Assembly (NCBI GenBank): GCA_030141605.1
Contig: JAQGDQ010000001.1
Coordinates: 1,364,001 to 1,428,000 of the forward strand
Source of the DNA: Tubiluchus corallicola
Taxonomy: Eukaryota; Animalia; Priapulida
Length of the DNA stretch: 64,000 nt
Direction of reading: 5' to 3'
The first letter of the stretch is position 1. Each line of letters begins with the position of its first letter. Below the pieces are notes generated by a model that was not told where the DNA came from, searched no databases, and worked only from the letters and a program-made list of their open reading frames with translations. A program made the translations under genes and the position numbers. Below, piece by piece: positions 10,791 through 25,900 of this stretch.

Positions 10791-13787
10791 TTACATCATG
10801 TTGTTACGAAGGCAGATTTTGACCAACCCCCTAATGTTAGTAATGGGTGTGGTTGAGAAGCCCAGTAATGCAAATGTACCTGTATAAAACAGAATGCATG
10901 CAATAATTTGACGATTCCAACTTGGCCTTCCTGTCTCTAAAGGTGTGTGCTGTAGGCTTGCTAATTTTTATACAAAAGCCAAAGTTTATTTTACATTCGT
11001 ATCCCGGATCTTTTTACTTTTCTCGTCTGCTGTAGTATTTCATACCTTGTATCCCGCTCTATACATCCTGAGACGGATCCGCGCTGGAACCCGGATTCGT
11101 TACAATATTATAATGATTGTTATATAATGATGCAAACATTGTTACGTAATGATTGCTGAATAAAGAATGACGTGAAATTTGTAATATGACAAATTTTTAG
11201 TTGTTATAAAAATGCTGTATAACTACGTAATGACCCTCAACAATATGCCTATATATTATTGCCTCGAAAAAAGGATATTCCTGGATATGGCACGGTTTCG
11301 AGGATTCCTAGTTCATGGTCATGTTATTCAGAAAATTCTTGCAAATATCCGTGAAGCTAACACACGCTGTAAGTTACATTGCGGGGAGTTGAAATTTGGC
11401 ACAGAAATATTTTATATGATGATGTTACAAATTAAATTTCGATACCAAACTTGAAAGAAAATATTTTGGTACTGCTTGTTGCATATCATGATATCACATA
11501 CTTTTGCAATAATGGTGTTGAGTCATTCACGTCCATCTTTACTCCTATTCAACCATTCAGTCCTTTGTTCTTTAACACGCATAATCACATTCATTGATTT
11601 ATTCATTCTGTTTATCCACTCTTCTTTTATTTGGTTATTCACATATTAAGGTTGATGTGTATCTTTCGAACAGGTGCTTATAAAACAAAGCGTTTCGTTC
11701 CAAAAAATAGTTATCAAGTAATAATGTAATTAATTTTTGCAAATAAACTTGGGGATTTTTAATGCACAGCAGTTTATTCAGTTCAAAGGATAATAGAAGA
11801 GCTTTCCATACGAAACAATATCATGAATTGAATGAATGAATGAAATTGCCTTTTGTTTTAGAATTTCTACTGCATAATTGTTAAAAACGTACAAAATAAA
11901 AGATACAAAAGATGTATATGAATTTGGTAATCTTAATTATATTCAGACAAATGATTGTCATGAGTGACAAACAATAAGATATTTAAACATTACTAATCAT
12001 CAAGTATGCAGATGTAACAGATACACGAAGTAACTAAAAACACATTATGGGCACATTGGTAACATTTTTAATTAGTAGGATCACAATATTTTTAACAACT
12101 TAGTCAATGTTTAATCAGTAATATTGTTAGTGTTAAATGCAGTTGAATTTCTGGAGCCACGCAAAATTGTAAATGTTCAGCAACATACATGAAGAACACA
12201 CGATGTGATAGGTGCCGTCTTGGAATCTGATCTTCCACGTGAGTCTGGAACCAAACTATTGTTCGTGCGCCCAAAGATTTTGCACTTGTTTACTAAGCCA
12301 ATTTGAAATCGAGCTCGCTGATAAATTTATTGCCTACATAATGAATTAATATTTTGTTATTTAAGCCGTGGATATTTTATTTATCCATGTAATATACAGA
12401 TTACTAAGAGAACTCTCGATTAAATTCGCAATTCAGCATTAAAGGTAAATCTTTTCCCACTTACTGCCACTTCAAATAGAAAACTGACACTTTAATTATC
12501 CGCTGGAATCATAATGTATTGCAGTTACCTGAACACGTTTGATGGCTCAGCTGTTAAAATTAATGGCTAATTGAGGGTTACTGACCCTGCGTGGTATCAT
12601 TCGCGTGGATAGTAGTGAAATAGGTTATACCTACGTAATTAGCCAGAAGGTATGTAAAATATTGCAGTAAAATGGTTGGGTTTACGTGAGGCTTCAAGCA
12701 ACCTAGCATGCAGGTTTTATTCCTAATCGATGCGTTTATTCACTACAAGTGTAAACAGCGCCGGATTAATTTGTGTTATTTTGTCTTCCCTCTGCAGATT
12801 AAAAGCAAAGCTACAGAAATATGAGCACAAGAAAGAAATTGTTATTGAAGAAACTAAACTACATTTTCTTTTAACTGCGTCTGTGCGTTTAGTTAAAAAG
12901 AGCAAAAATATGAGCTAACACAATGTGCTATATTAATTAACGCCGTACTCGATTGGTAGATAAACGAAGGTTACTTGTGTTAAAATAAAAAGTAATGTAC
13001 GCACATGTTTATTTTACAGCTATTAATTCACACTACACATAAAGTTTACTAAATTATAGGAAAAACATGTTAAGTTTAACGCACACGGACAGAAAAAACA
13101 AGAAATACGAAACAAAAGACAGTTAATTTGACGTCTGTGTGCGCTAGGCTATAATCAACATCATTATACAGTATTAAGGTAATCGTAATCACTTAGTGGA
13201 AACGTTACACACTATATGAATTGTTTTCGATTTTTTTTTGCATTTCTCCTACTCCTGGGATTGCTAGTATAGTAGAGAAACCCCAAACCTAACAAAAACT
13301 GGGTCAAGACTCGAGTAACTGAGTAAGTCACTTGTAAAAGATTACACGGCACGAAATTTGGCTCAGAAGTTTTGCAGGCTGTGGCTATTTGCAGCATTGA
13401 CGCAAAATGTTAGCATTAATCCTTGCCTTTGCTTCTTCTGCATCAACATGATTGCGAGATACAACTAGAGGATGTATAACGCAATCCTGAAAACACGTCA
13501 TGATTACGGTATGTCCTCTAACTCACATGTTGGACACTTTGAGGATCTTAACATTCGACAAAAGATCATCCCTTTCAGCTAAATTTGGTTCACAAATTCT
13601 TATTGGCAATAAAGATACGCAAAAGGCACTTATTTCCGAACAAGGTCAAACGAATTTCATGGCCAAATTCATTGCATTTTTATCTTTATTTCAGGGATCA
13701 AGGAGATCTTTTAATGCCCAAAAGGTGTCACATCATTTGTACCTACATTTTTATTTTGCCGGACAAATCCTGCTTTTATAACACAAC

Positions 13788-14792
13788 AGTTGCAGTCCTG
13801 GAATCGAATCCTGGTTTCACCCTCCCTGAAGGTCAAAAAGGATATAAAATATCGTTGTCATAGTTGAGTTATTAATAGATTATAGGTCACTCTAGTTCCT
13901 TTCCGTGAGTTGACTCAAATTATCCCACTATATTCACCATCATAGATTCTTCCTCTCATGAGTGAGGTGTAAAATATCTTTGTCAACTGGTGACACATCA
14001 CTCTAATTCGTCACACTGAACTGACGGATTCTCCCACTATATACCCTACCATTGCCGTACAGCTGTTGCGGCTTCTATTTGTTTACCCCTATTCTAGATA
14101 TGTGCTCCAGAATATACCGGGATGAGTTTGATCTTGACTTTCAAAAGTTACCCCTTATAAACAATATCAATGCTACCAAGTGATTTAGGTATAACTGACT
14201 TGAACTCAAATTGTGAACGGACGGCGGACGCTGCATAACTGAGATAATGTGTGTACACTTGGAAAGTCTGGGAACTAAAAACGTGATGTGGTTACGTGGA
14301 ATTCAAGATCTCTAATTAGCTGTGGATGTGTCACCTTCTAAAATCATTATTTCGTAGGAAATGTAGAAATTTTTCAAACAAATAATTTTTCTGTATATTT
14401 AAGGAAAACATTGCTGCATAAACATGGACAAAATTTTGATTTTGTCGAATTTTGGGTCAACTAGGACGCAAGGCGTCATACAGAAGTCAGCAAGAACAAA
14501 TAAACTTATCAAAGGAAAGCGCAAGACAAGATCGAACAGTGCGTATTGGTGACGCTTTCAGTCTCGAAGGCCACAACTATGACAAAAGCTGTATTCAAAT
14601 TATGCTAATTAACTGAAGAAAAAAATAACATAAAAAACTGAACAATGACCGCCATGTAGTATTTACTTGTAATATTTGCCACTGCTCGACAGTTGCAGAC
14701 TAGTTGCAGTCCTGGAATCGAATCCTGGTTTCTCCCTCCCTGAATGTCAAAAAGGATATAAAATATCGTTGTCATAGTTGAGTTATCAATAG
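13788..14792. repeat. Pair of ~91-bp direct repeats (13788-13878 and 14702-14792)
   Basis: agttgcagtcctggaatcgaatcctggtttc.ccctccctgaa.gtcaaaaaggatataaaatatcgttgtcatagttgagttat.aatag occurs twice with about 3 substitutions. Confidence 0.9.
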
Positions 14793-15640
14793 GTTGTTGC
14801 TTCCAAGAATTTTTGTCTGACTCCTCATACTTCCGCAAATGAATTCGCATTAAAAAAAGTAAACGATGGGCACACAAAGATATGCTCAAGAATCAAGGTT
14901 TTCAAATAACACCCAAATGACATTGAAATTTTAGAAAAAACTATATAAACTAGTTTATTACAAGTCTGAAACACGTAATCTAAGCTATGTATACACAAAT
15001 GTAACATTAGAAAATGTAAAAGCTTTTGTAACTAACAACACAATCATCACCATATGCCCGTTACGTCTACTGTAGACACTGAGCAGACAAAACTCTAAAA
15101 AAACGTGCCCTCAAGACAGGTGAACACAGCACTAATTCAGCAAAAAAGAGGATATTGCTATGCACCACTTCTGAACAGCAAAATAAGCCACAAAGGTAAG
15201 ATAAAAAAATATCTTTGGCCAATCTTTGCAACAATTCAACAAGCATTATTAAAAAGGCACTAAACTGTGCCAATTATTTTTTGCAATCATAAAAGTATCA
15301 TATCAAAATAATGTACTATAAAAGCTGCCATATAAAGACAAAAGTTAGTATAGAAACAAGGCAACGAAATTTGTTGTCACATTACAGGGTAGTACATAAG
15401 TTATTAAAATTCCTTTTCTGGATTAGTACTATTTACATAACATTAATAAGGCACATATATATATACATATACATATAAGCTTAGTTGGTCTGCAAAATGC
15501 AATTCAATCTGTATATTATTTGTAAAATAGCCAGTAAAAATTTTTACAAGGCAAGACGTGATCAGATGTGATGGAGGACATTCAAGAGACGATAGGCATT
15601 GCTTCTAACCTGTTTTTTTAATATAACATCTTATTTGATG

Positions 15641-18600
15641 ACAAAAATAAAAAAGGTATATATAATAATAAAATAGAGCAAAGCCATAAGGCATTTTAGC
15701 AGTCCTGATAATCAGTGAAGGCATCAAGTAGACTTGCAAAGAATTCTTACAGAGGCTGAAACAGCCAAAAAGCATTAACGAGATAAAATGAAAGCCAAAA
15801 GCAAAATTTTTAAAAAAATTCTAACTGAATTTTAACATTAAGATAGTATTACAGGCATTTACAAATTTACAGCATATAAAACCAGTTCTTATAGAACAGA
15901 ACATGGCATTCTTGCACAAACCAGCTTCAAGTGTGATATGCAAAGAAATGTTTCGTCACAAAATAAGGCTATACTGAACCAATAAAAATTATCATGTAAA
16001 CGCCCCAAGACACATTAATAAGCTTTAGCTGTTCAAGTATAGCTGAGCAATATTAAAGTTGTATATCTTGTATGGTAGTAATTCTATTCTAATTGCCAGA
16101 TGTCAATTTTTGCACGGCCATTATTTTACTGTATTTGAACTAATGCCATAAAATCTTGATTGAGTAAGAAGCAGTGGCTTCAAAGTATTAAATTACATTC
16201 ATCAGCTTATTAGCCTAAACAACCTAGGCCTAATTGTAAAAGAATACAATTTTTCTTTGTTTTATGGTGCTGCAGTAAAGCACTTCCCAAAGATTTATAT
16301 CCTGACTAAAATCTATCTGGAGCTTAACACATGTCACAACTTTTAATTGGCATGACAACAAAACACCATGTCTCTTTAAAAGTTAGTCTTGCCAAAGGAA
16401 GAGCAGTAAAAATGTTTTTAGGGAAAGAAATTGAAGTTCACATCTCCTATTTTCAACCAGATGCTCCATTTGACCTCTTAATGCCTCAGCTGCGAATTGT
16501 TACATTTTAGAAATCCTACAGATGAGTCCTAAAACCTGTAAACATCTATAACCTTCAACATGGGAAAATTATCAAAGGCACTCACAAAAAACAGAGTTAC
16601 TTTATTTTTTATAAATATAGAAAAACTCCAACAAAAGATCATATATTAATAACTCTTACATTGCAATAATGAATGCATACGAACTATGCTTCATGTAATC
16701 CAATATTAACTAAAGATTTATGAAAGTTCAATGAAAATTAAAGATAAGAAGCAAGATATGACAATAACAACAATACTGCACTACAGTACACCTAAAAAAT
16801 ACATATTAACAAAAAAACTAAATGTGCACAACATCAGCAAACATAAATCAGCCAACCGTTAACTTGGTCAAGCAACTACAGTTATACTGTTACTTGCTGG
16901 TATGCTGAAACACCGTATCTTTCTTTGTGTCTTAACTCATATCTAGCACATGATGAATGTTCACTTGTCTTCCCGCAACATGACCAATGCTTGCGCCCTG
17001 GATGTCCTGGATGTTTGTGACCACACCCCTTAAACCCACCTGAAATGCAATGACAAACTTACATTTCATGCCTAAATGCAGAAAAATTAAGCACGCTAAA
17101 AATGTCAAAGGACTTTTAAGTAATACATAATTGTTAACACTAATATAAAATAGTTAGTATCACAATTTTGTGATTTGAAGGAGGGATATAAGGCAAAATA
17201 CATTTCTCAAGATTTAACATGCAAAGTTTCATTAGATAGGACAAGTTTTACTAATATGGAGAGTCGTGTCAATAGAAAAATGTTAAAAATCTAAATTGCC
17301 TGTGCCAAAATGCTAAAATCCAAAATATTTGCACTACCAGCTCACCTACTTTTTTCACAAAACGTAGGTCTTCTAAGACAACCCCCCACAAAATTTTCAT
17401 TTTAAAATCACTTTAGAAGCTCGCTGAGTTTACACGATACTATTGATAAAATAAATTCCATGAGCTATAAGCTTATATAAAGAAGATACAGACGTTCAGG
17501 GCAAATTTTTTTAGCTGCACACATATTTAATATTTTTGAGCTTAAACGCGCTGTTTCTTTGTGTCTTCAACTTGAATATTACTAGTTAATATTTTAACCG
17601 ATATGTTCTTAAAACAAGATGTAGAACAGCTAAGTTTACTGCTTGACCTTTAAAGTATAAATTACCTGACATCTTTCCTTTGCAAGCACAAGTAGCATCT
17701 TTACGACCACCACTTGAACAGAAACTACAGCAGTGAAAAATGCCAGAATGTTTCAACCATTTTGGTTTCACATTTACATCAAATGGACTTCCCTGGAAAT
17801 AAAACACATCATCCCACTTGTAATATGTAGCTCAACATTAGTAATGTATAATAACGCAGATAGAGGAAAGAAATGCTCAAGCTACCTCATCTAAATTAAT
17901 TAATTAATTAATTAATAGTGTGACTAATCAAGGAGTAAAGAAATGTTATTAGCAATGCACGTTATTAATAACATTCACTATTAATACTGGTGGCCTAATT
18001 GAAGCTCGCTTCTTGTTCACCAACACAATGTGTAATTTGCAACGATAATTGTATTAATTTTATCATTCGATGGATTATTTCATTTTTATTAAAAAGTGAA
18101 CATATGTTTATTTTGTTGAATAAATTCATTTGGATTGAAAGAAAGTGACAAATTGATGATTAAAATAATACCGACTTTTATAAAAGCAGCTGAGAAATAC
18201 AAAACCACTGAAACTAGATGTAGTATGCCTAAATCTATGTTTATAAGTTATCTACTGTAAAGGTATAGGTGTTTAAAATGCATAAAAAGCATTATAACTT
18301 TTTTACATTATCTTAAGCTTTGTATGGATTTTAATATCTAGCCAATGCTGCAGAATTAATATCTTACTGATAGTTGTGACTAAAAACTTCATAAAAACTG
18401 ATTTGATCATCAAAGTCTGGACCCCTGCAGATTCATTTATTAAGGTTAGGTTAGGTTAATCTAAAGGGGTCCACAGTAGAACATAAAGTAATGATTTGAC
18501 TGCCACACTGCCATACCAGCAAACTTAAAATTCTACTGCTACATCCCTCCCTAGATAAACCATTTAAGAGAATGCAACACTAAATTAAATTCAAATTAAA

Positions 18601-19930
18601 TTAAATTAAATTAAATTCAAATGTCTCTATCTACAGTACAATTCAGTAGTTTGTTTAATTGAAGACATTTAACACATAGATTGTATTTTCCAAATTTTAT
18701 TTATTCTGACATATTTGTAAAAACTGAAAAAAATTACAGAATTTATAATACCTGTATGTGGCACCCACTCACTGTAATCTGCAAGCTGAAGTGACCTGAA
18801 TTCTCAGGCAATATTTCTAGCAGGTATGTCCCATCTTGCCTATCTGTTACATGAACATCAACTGCATGACTAAAAGAAAATAAACAGCAGTATTTCTGTT
18901 GTAAAAATGTGATGTTTACTAAATTCAAGTAGTGTAGCACACAAATTACACGAGCAAACGCTATCTAAAAAAGTTACACATTTGAAATACAACTGAGGGT
19001 AAAATAAAAATCTGTAAAGTGATGATACCAAGCCACACTAATTCATCTAAACGTCCAAGGTAATTAAAGCTCTTCATAAAACTCAATAAGTTTATGATTT
19101 TACACAGCTACTACTATTGTCCCTTGCTCTAACTGTTGCCAACTGATTAACTTTTTGTTAACGGTCTTGAAAATATCAGCATCCTTCAAAACTATGATGC
19201 CACAGGCAAATATGCTAACAATGTAATTTGTATTGAAAAAATAATTCGTCATTCACAAAAATACAACATCATTATAATTATAATACTTAACATAATATAA
19301 TATGGCTATCGTAATTCACGAACTTAACCATATTTACCCACGAGCAACGTTGCGGGGCATTAGTTGACCCCTGACAATTTCTCCACCCCAAGGATACACA
19401 TGTCCCTGAATGTCCATGCTTTGTAAGGCAATTTCTAGCTTATTTCCTTCCCTTGCATTATTCAAATTACCTATGAAGAATAGAAGATCACGTTTATAAT
19501 GTCATTATGTCAGTATCTTATTTAATTTCAACATATCGTCCATGCACGCTTTCGCTAATTTTGCTTTTACACATATCATCGATAAATGGCAGCACCTGCT
19601 TGACGGCATCAAATACCATACATATTATTTAGTTAGACAATTTCAGTCCCTAATCAAGTTATAACAACCAAACTGGTGCAAAACATGAAATATGAGAGCT
19701 GCATTCTGTGTTTAAGTAAGAATTAAAGCTTAAGGAGTCACAAAAATAAAAAAGGTATATATAATAATAAAACAAAGCAAAGCAATAAGGCATTTTTAGC
19801 AGTCATGATAATCTGTGAAGGCATCAAGTAGACTTGCAAAGAATTCCTACAGAGGCTGAAACAGCCAAAAAGCGTCAACGAGATGAAATGAAAGCCAAAG
19901 CAAATTTTTTAAAAAAAAATCTCACTGAAT
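15641..19930. repeat. Pair of ~190-bp dispersed direct repeats (15641-15830 and 19740-19930)
   Basis: Both contain aaaaataaaaaaggtatatataataataaaa...gtgaaggcatcaagtagacttgcaaagaattc.tacagaggctgaaacagccaaaaagc...ctgaat. Confidence 0.9.
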
Positions 19931-22900
19931 TAAAAATTCTCTTTGGAATTTAAAAAAATTCTAGACTGATTTTTCACTGGTTTGCTATTTGAATATCACA
20001 CAGTACCAGGGATTTAGGGAACCTAATATCAAAGAATGTAACTCTTCTTGAGACATAAAGACAAAACGACTCAGAATTGCTCGACTGAATAGAAAGCACG
20101 TGCTTCTCTCCACTCCAGTAGATTAAAAACCAAGCAAAAGCTTTACAATGTAAATATGGATATAGTTTCCCTTCTTTATCGTTTTTCTAGTTTAACCTGT
20201 AACTTTTAATATTGTATCTCTCTGTATAGCTGATGGAGGGAGCAAAAGCCATGAGGGAGTGAAAACTTCTGAGAAAAATAAAATTTTTTGAGACTTTCTG
20301 GCCACCCTGACTTCTTTTATGATTATGACAATGGTAAGTCTCAGAAGAGCACTACCTTATTTTCAAGAGAAATTTAAGTTGAACACAATTCCTTCAGCTT
20401 TCTTTAGATGGCAACAAACACTAACACGTCATTAATACATTCTACTACATTTAACGTGAAAAGCAAACAGATAAGAGGAATTTACTTGAAACATTTCAGC
20501 ACAGGTAACACACAATATGCTGTTTTCAAAAACAATATTAATAATAGTAACTGGCTCCTACTGGCAGGCGTGGTATGCTAAGAAATGCAATAATTCAACA
20601 ATGATTTTACACTTCAAGTAAAGTTAACAGGTCATGTTAGTGGGGAAATTTTACTGCAGGAAGCCTTATTTTATGTAACAGTAAGCTAAGCCTCTGAAAA
20701 TATTTATGTGTTTATCGCCTAGTGAGAGACAGAATCCCCCTTAGTTTTTCTAGGCAACTGTAAACAGGCGATTGATATCAAAACCTATGTCCTTAGGGAA
20801 AAAGATACATTCTACGACCACCGCCTAAGCGTTCGCCAGAAGAAAATGCTAAAATTCGATTCAAGCATTTAAACTTCGCACATATAATTCGTATCTATAC
20901 TAGTTTCAAATAAACTCACTAACAATTATTGTTTCTCGCTTTTAATTGCACGTAAAATCTATGCACATTACTGTAATTATATATATTACAAAACTACGCA
21001 TGACAGTGAGTCACCTTACTTAAGGCATTTACGTTTCATAATTAATCAAATTTTCCAACAAGCACTCATAACATACATCATACGAATTTTTAATCACCTC
21101 TCGATCCACAGCCTCACCAATTTTCTTTTAGAACACATACAAACATTTGAAAGCGTGTCAAATACCAAGTGTGGCCACTGAATAAGCTCGTTTTTCAGCC
21201 AATTTCAACAACGACTCATTTTGGCGGTTTATTTTGTTTCCAACATATGCTCTGTCTCAATACAAACAGTTGTGGTATGCAGATGACTGAAATTCTTAAA
21301 CTCAATATTCTAACCTACTAGGTTACTATACAATTGTGTTCGGGTATACTCTCGAACTGACACCTTAACTTGAATGAGTAATCTTGGACGAGAACTACCA
21401 AACCTCAGCTTTAACTTCAGTATTGTAACAGTATCAAAAGTGTGTAGCAAATAGCCCAAATACACACTAGCGCAATTATCTAGAATCTTGATGATAAAGA
21501 TGATAAAGGCGTGTTCACACTGTAATCAAACATGCATTTCGTTACTTTCTTATCCTGTAGCTGCAAGCCTCAGACGTAAAATGCTCTTACACCTGAGACG
21601 TAAATGTCTCGGTATAATTGTAAACATTCTATTAGTCTTCTCGTCATTTAGCTACAATCTACTCCAACTTTTACTTTTTTTAAAAATTACCTCTGACAAG
21701 TACTGCAAGAAGTAAAAACCTAAGCCTTTAATTGCAGCACAAATAACAGATATTACATAAACAGCAGTTCGCAGCGGCTGATAAAGTGTTCAAAGATGCG
21801 CTGAGTTTTTGTTTGAGAAACCATTTCTTAATATTTTCGTATTTACACTCTTTTGAGTTCTGTGATAATAAAAGATAAGAAAACCATTTTCTTACATAAA
21901 GCAAAAAAGGGTCATCTTGATATTTTGTATTATCCACACACTGCCTTATTGTACACAGAGCTTGTTTTAGCAGCAATGCTGTATAAAACTTGAAAATTTA
22001 AATTCCTGCGATGACAGTTAACAACTGCAGCCATTTTGATGGTAGGTCGTCTGAAACAAGTTTACATAACACTGCGTAAAGTTTGAAAATATAATCAGAG
22101 CATCTGTGGCGCACACTTTGCTAACTAAGCAAAAGTATGAATTACTTCATCTTGTAAATAAGCTTAAAAATACGTCTTTTTGGTCGGTTAGTGTTGCACC
22201 CTGGGAAGAGGAATCAGTGACATTTTACCAGTTGGCATGAAGAAAATTGCTAAGAAGTTTCTTTTCTAGCTACCCAAGTTTCTTTCAAACAGGTAAGCAT
22301 AATGCTAATCTAAGTACTATAACTTGGCTAATGTTTCACCAGGCAGGTTTGAAATTAATCGCAATGCCCATGCACAACTTTTTGGTCAAACTTACCCTTT
22401 TTTCCAGTTGCTCAGCTGCCAAATAAAGATATCTCTTTTTTCAATGGCTATATCTTTCTCACTTTCTGTTTCTTCTCTTCGCTAAAATCCTTTAGCAATG
22501 CTAACCATGCAAAAAGATGCAAACCATGCTAATCTAAGTACTATAACATGACTATGTCTTATCCAGGCAAGTTTGAAATTGATCGCAACGCCCATGCACA
22601 TGGCCAACTTAAACTCTTTTTTCCAGTTGCTCAGCTCTCTCTCTCTCTCTCTCTCCCTCCCTCCCCCCTCTCTCTCTCTCTCTCTGCCTGCCTGCCTCCC
22701 TCCCCCCTCTCTCTCTCCCTCTTCGCTAAAATCCTTTAGCAATGCTAACCACACTTCAGCACATACTTGGAAATTGCCTTTTCTTCACCTTAAGTTCGAC
22801 ATTAATGAAGCCACATATATGCCACACATATATATAAGCCTATTGAGTTCTTATTGAAAAGACAGAATAGAAAGTTGCTGTTAGGGCCCAAATCTCAACA

Positions 22901-25900
22901 AATGCTAGAGCCCTCGTTAGAGTGCCTGCTGAAGGCCCAGTTGCACTGATGAGATCAGCAAACGCCGAGACCACCACAAATGTATTTTATGCTCCGACAC
23001 GCATTGTAATTTTCATTTAAAATTATATCAAATCTTTGCGAAAAGCACAGCCACCGTCTAATTTTAACATACTTAACATAAAAATGTGTTAGCCCTCAGC
23101 CAAATATCAACTATTTACATGCTATTCCAGAACCGAAAAGACATAGCGACAGACAGATAGACATAGACAGACACACTGACTGAACCAATAATTCTATAGT
23201 TATCTACATACCAGGGCAACTATAAAAAAAAACTCGGTGGATCCGTTAGTATAGACAAGTACAGTAAGGAAGAACTTGTGTACAATTTCTCAAAAATGCC
23301 GCAATGGATGTACAAAGTCAAAAAGTTCGTTACTTTAAGAAAACTACTTAACTATGTCAGTAATGCAAAAACAGCTGCAAAAAACACCAGGCAAAACATA
23401 AAATTACAACTGTTTAAATACGTGCTGTAGAAACTGCAACCGGAGTCAATAAGTCATAAAGAGAAACTAACGCTTTCTTGCAAAACTGTTCAGTATAATT
23501 TCCTACTTAGTACTTATGAGAAAATGATGCAAAAGCAATGTTTTACGCTTAACGCTCCAGTGCCTAAACCTTCTGCCGAATTTTTCTTAAAGTTTGTTGT
23601 GTATATGTACCTGTCTATGTATAACAAAATCTGGGTTCAGATGATTTCATCGACCATTTTCGTCGATATTTGCTTAAATTGGTTTTTCAATAGTTGATGT
23701 TAAAAGGGAAGGACAGGGAATTTTTAAAGAATATTCCAAAAAACCTTCCATACATAGTTATATTACTTAGCTTTACACTTACCTGTTTGAAAAACTCATG
23801 TAATTGGAAAAGAAAGCTTTTAATAATTTAAAATGTTTGAGCCAACTGGTACAACGCCACTGTATCACCATCTCAGTGTGCATCACTGGCTCACCAAAAA
23901 ACACATTATTGACTTTACTGACAATAAAAAGCAATTGTAACCTTTGACTAATTAGTGAAAAGTGTGCTACCTATGTTTCGATTATTTTTTCAAACTTTGC
24001 CTAATGTTACCTAGAATTCTATCAACAATTTGTCGCTAAAAAGCCTCCGCCTAATGGTCAATAGCGAGAGTTTAAATTTACAAGCTTTATACCGTCTTAC
24101 TGCTAATGCAAGCCCCATATGCAATAACACATGTATATGACACAAAAATTTCAAGACAGATTATTTAAGCTTTATTTATCGTCCTTTAACTGCTGAGGTG
24201 CTCATGACACTGACAACATCCAAAACGACAAAAGTGGTCTTAGAAATGGCCATAAGTTAAACAGAGAAATTTTAGCCTTACTACATAAGTCAGTTAGAGC
24301 AACCAACTAACAAACAATCAGTCTAATAATAAACCATCAAGCAATATTCTAGTCAATCACTGGTATCACTCTAGCATAGTAACTGTTACTATTGCAGTAA
24401 GTGAAATATTTCAGTGTAAATCAGTTTTACTGTCGCTGATATAGGACTCTAGGGTTCTAGAACGAAATTCCAGTGAAATTTTGCACTGAAATGGTGCAAA
24501 ACTACAACAAGAAAAAGTAAAAGATAAATTGTTGATAAACAAGACTGAAGTGTTTTAAAATGATGACTCCTTGTGGCTTAGTTTAAAATAGCTGCACGAT
24601 CTCACCTTACAACAAGATCTGACACTTCACAGTATGAAATTCATGGTTACTGTAGTAAGCATGGTTATCAGTATACTTTCAAGATAAAATCTACTTCTTC
24701 TTTAGGATGCATGGAAATCATAATATTTTTTATTCTACTCTTAGAACAGCATCATTTAATAATCGTTAATTAATGTCTTAAAATTTAGAAAAAAAAAGTT
24801 TAATTAATTACACTAAAATTTTCAGTAAACTAAAATTTCTAAATATGCCTTCGATAAACTTTAGAGATTAAAACTTTAGAAACACGTGAAAGCAGTGCTA
24901 AATTTTTATCATAATTTTACTAGGTCATTACACTGGTCTGACTAAAACCAAAAAGTTCAGTAATCTTTTAGGATCGTAATTTTCTTGCCCAATGCTCACA
25001 GTAAGAGTCTGCAAACCCGACTGTAAGGCTATACTAACAAGACCAGCTGAGTAACATATTTAAGATTTCTCACAATACCACTGTTTGTGTAAAGGAATTA
25101 GCTCTCTTCAACGTTTAAAGCCTACAGACGGCTCATATGTGGTAGGAAATCACTGAACAGCTTCAATATGAAAAAAATTGTCATTTAGAATTTCAAACCT
25201 GGAATGCAAATACTATACAAATGATTAAATTACAAATGATCCCAAGGGAATACAAATCATTGGAATAAATGAAATTATGAATATTGAATTGAAATTTAGT
25301 TAATAAAGAGCACAAAAAGGAATGAAGAGTTCTAATAAATTAAACATTGCTCTTGCTCACAGTTCATACTTCAGCCTGCTATTACTCTTAATACTCTTAA
25401 GTCTAACACCATCCTTACAAATGCTGTATTGATCAAAACCATTTAAACCTGTAGCACTGCAAGCAAGCTCTTTTATGCTAATTTGAAAATTATTATTGCC
25501 TGTCATCACGTCTTTCACATTATTCTTGGCCTGATGAGTGTAAAATGTTAGATAAATCACCAGGAAATAAATCTCTGTGAAAAATAATATTTGCCTAGCC
25601 TAGAATGTTCCAAATCACAGATGCATGCACATAGCTAATTTGTAACTAGAATTCTTGCCTATTTCAAGGCTAGGTGTTCCCATTCCAAAATAATCTAGAA
25701 CGCATTAGAGCAACACAAGAGCGGGCAGTTAATTTTATAATTGGGAAATCTTGTTTATTCTATGGTTAGCCATAAGGCTAAAGCTGAAACCAATTTCCAA
25801 ACAGATCTGCAAATTCGAAGCACAACTACAGCAGAATAGCACATGTTATGCCTGTATGAAAATATACACAGCAAAGAGAAAGTACTCAAGATAAATATAG

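Noticed and set aside
11760-12560. Possible minus-strand LINE 3' end
   Set aside because: Only faint tail- and motif-like hints; I could not translate a convincing peptide.
13800-13880. tRNA gene
   Set aside because: Only a T-arm-like motif; no cloverleaf, A box or acceptor stem.
22482-22857. ORFs rich in ER/SL repeats
   Set aside because: Artefacts of the (TC)n tract.
23040-23700. Helitron/DINE-like fragments (GACA repeats), also near 45740-45930 and 52290-52440
   Set aside because: They resemble common non-autonomous repeats, but I could not define termini, so they are not called as features.
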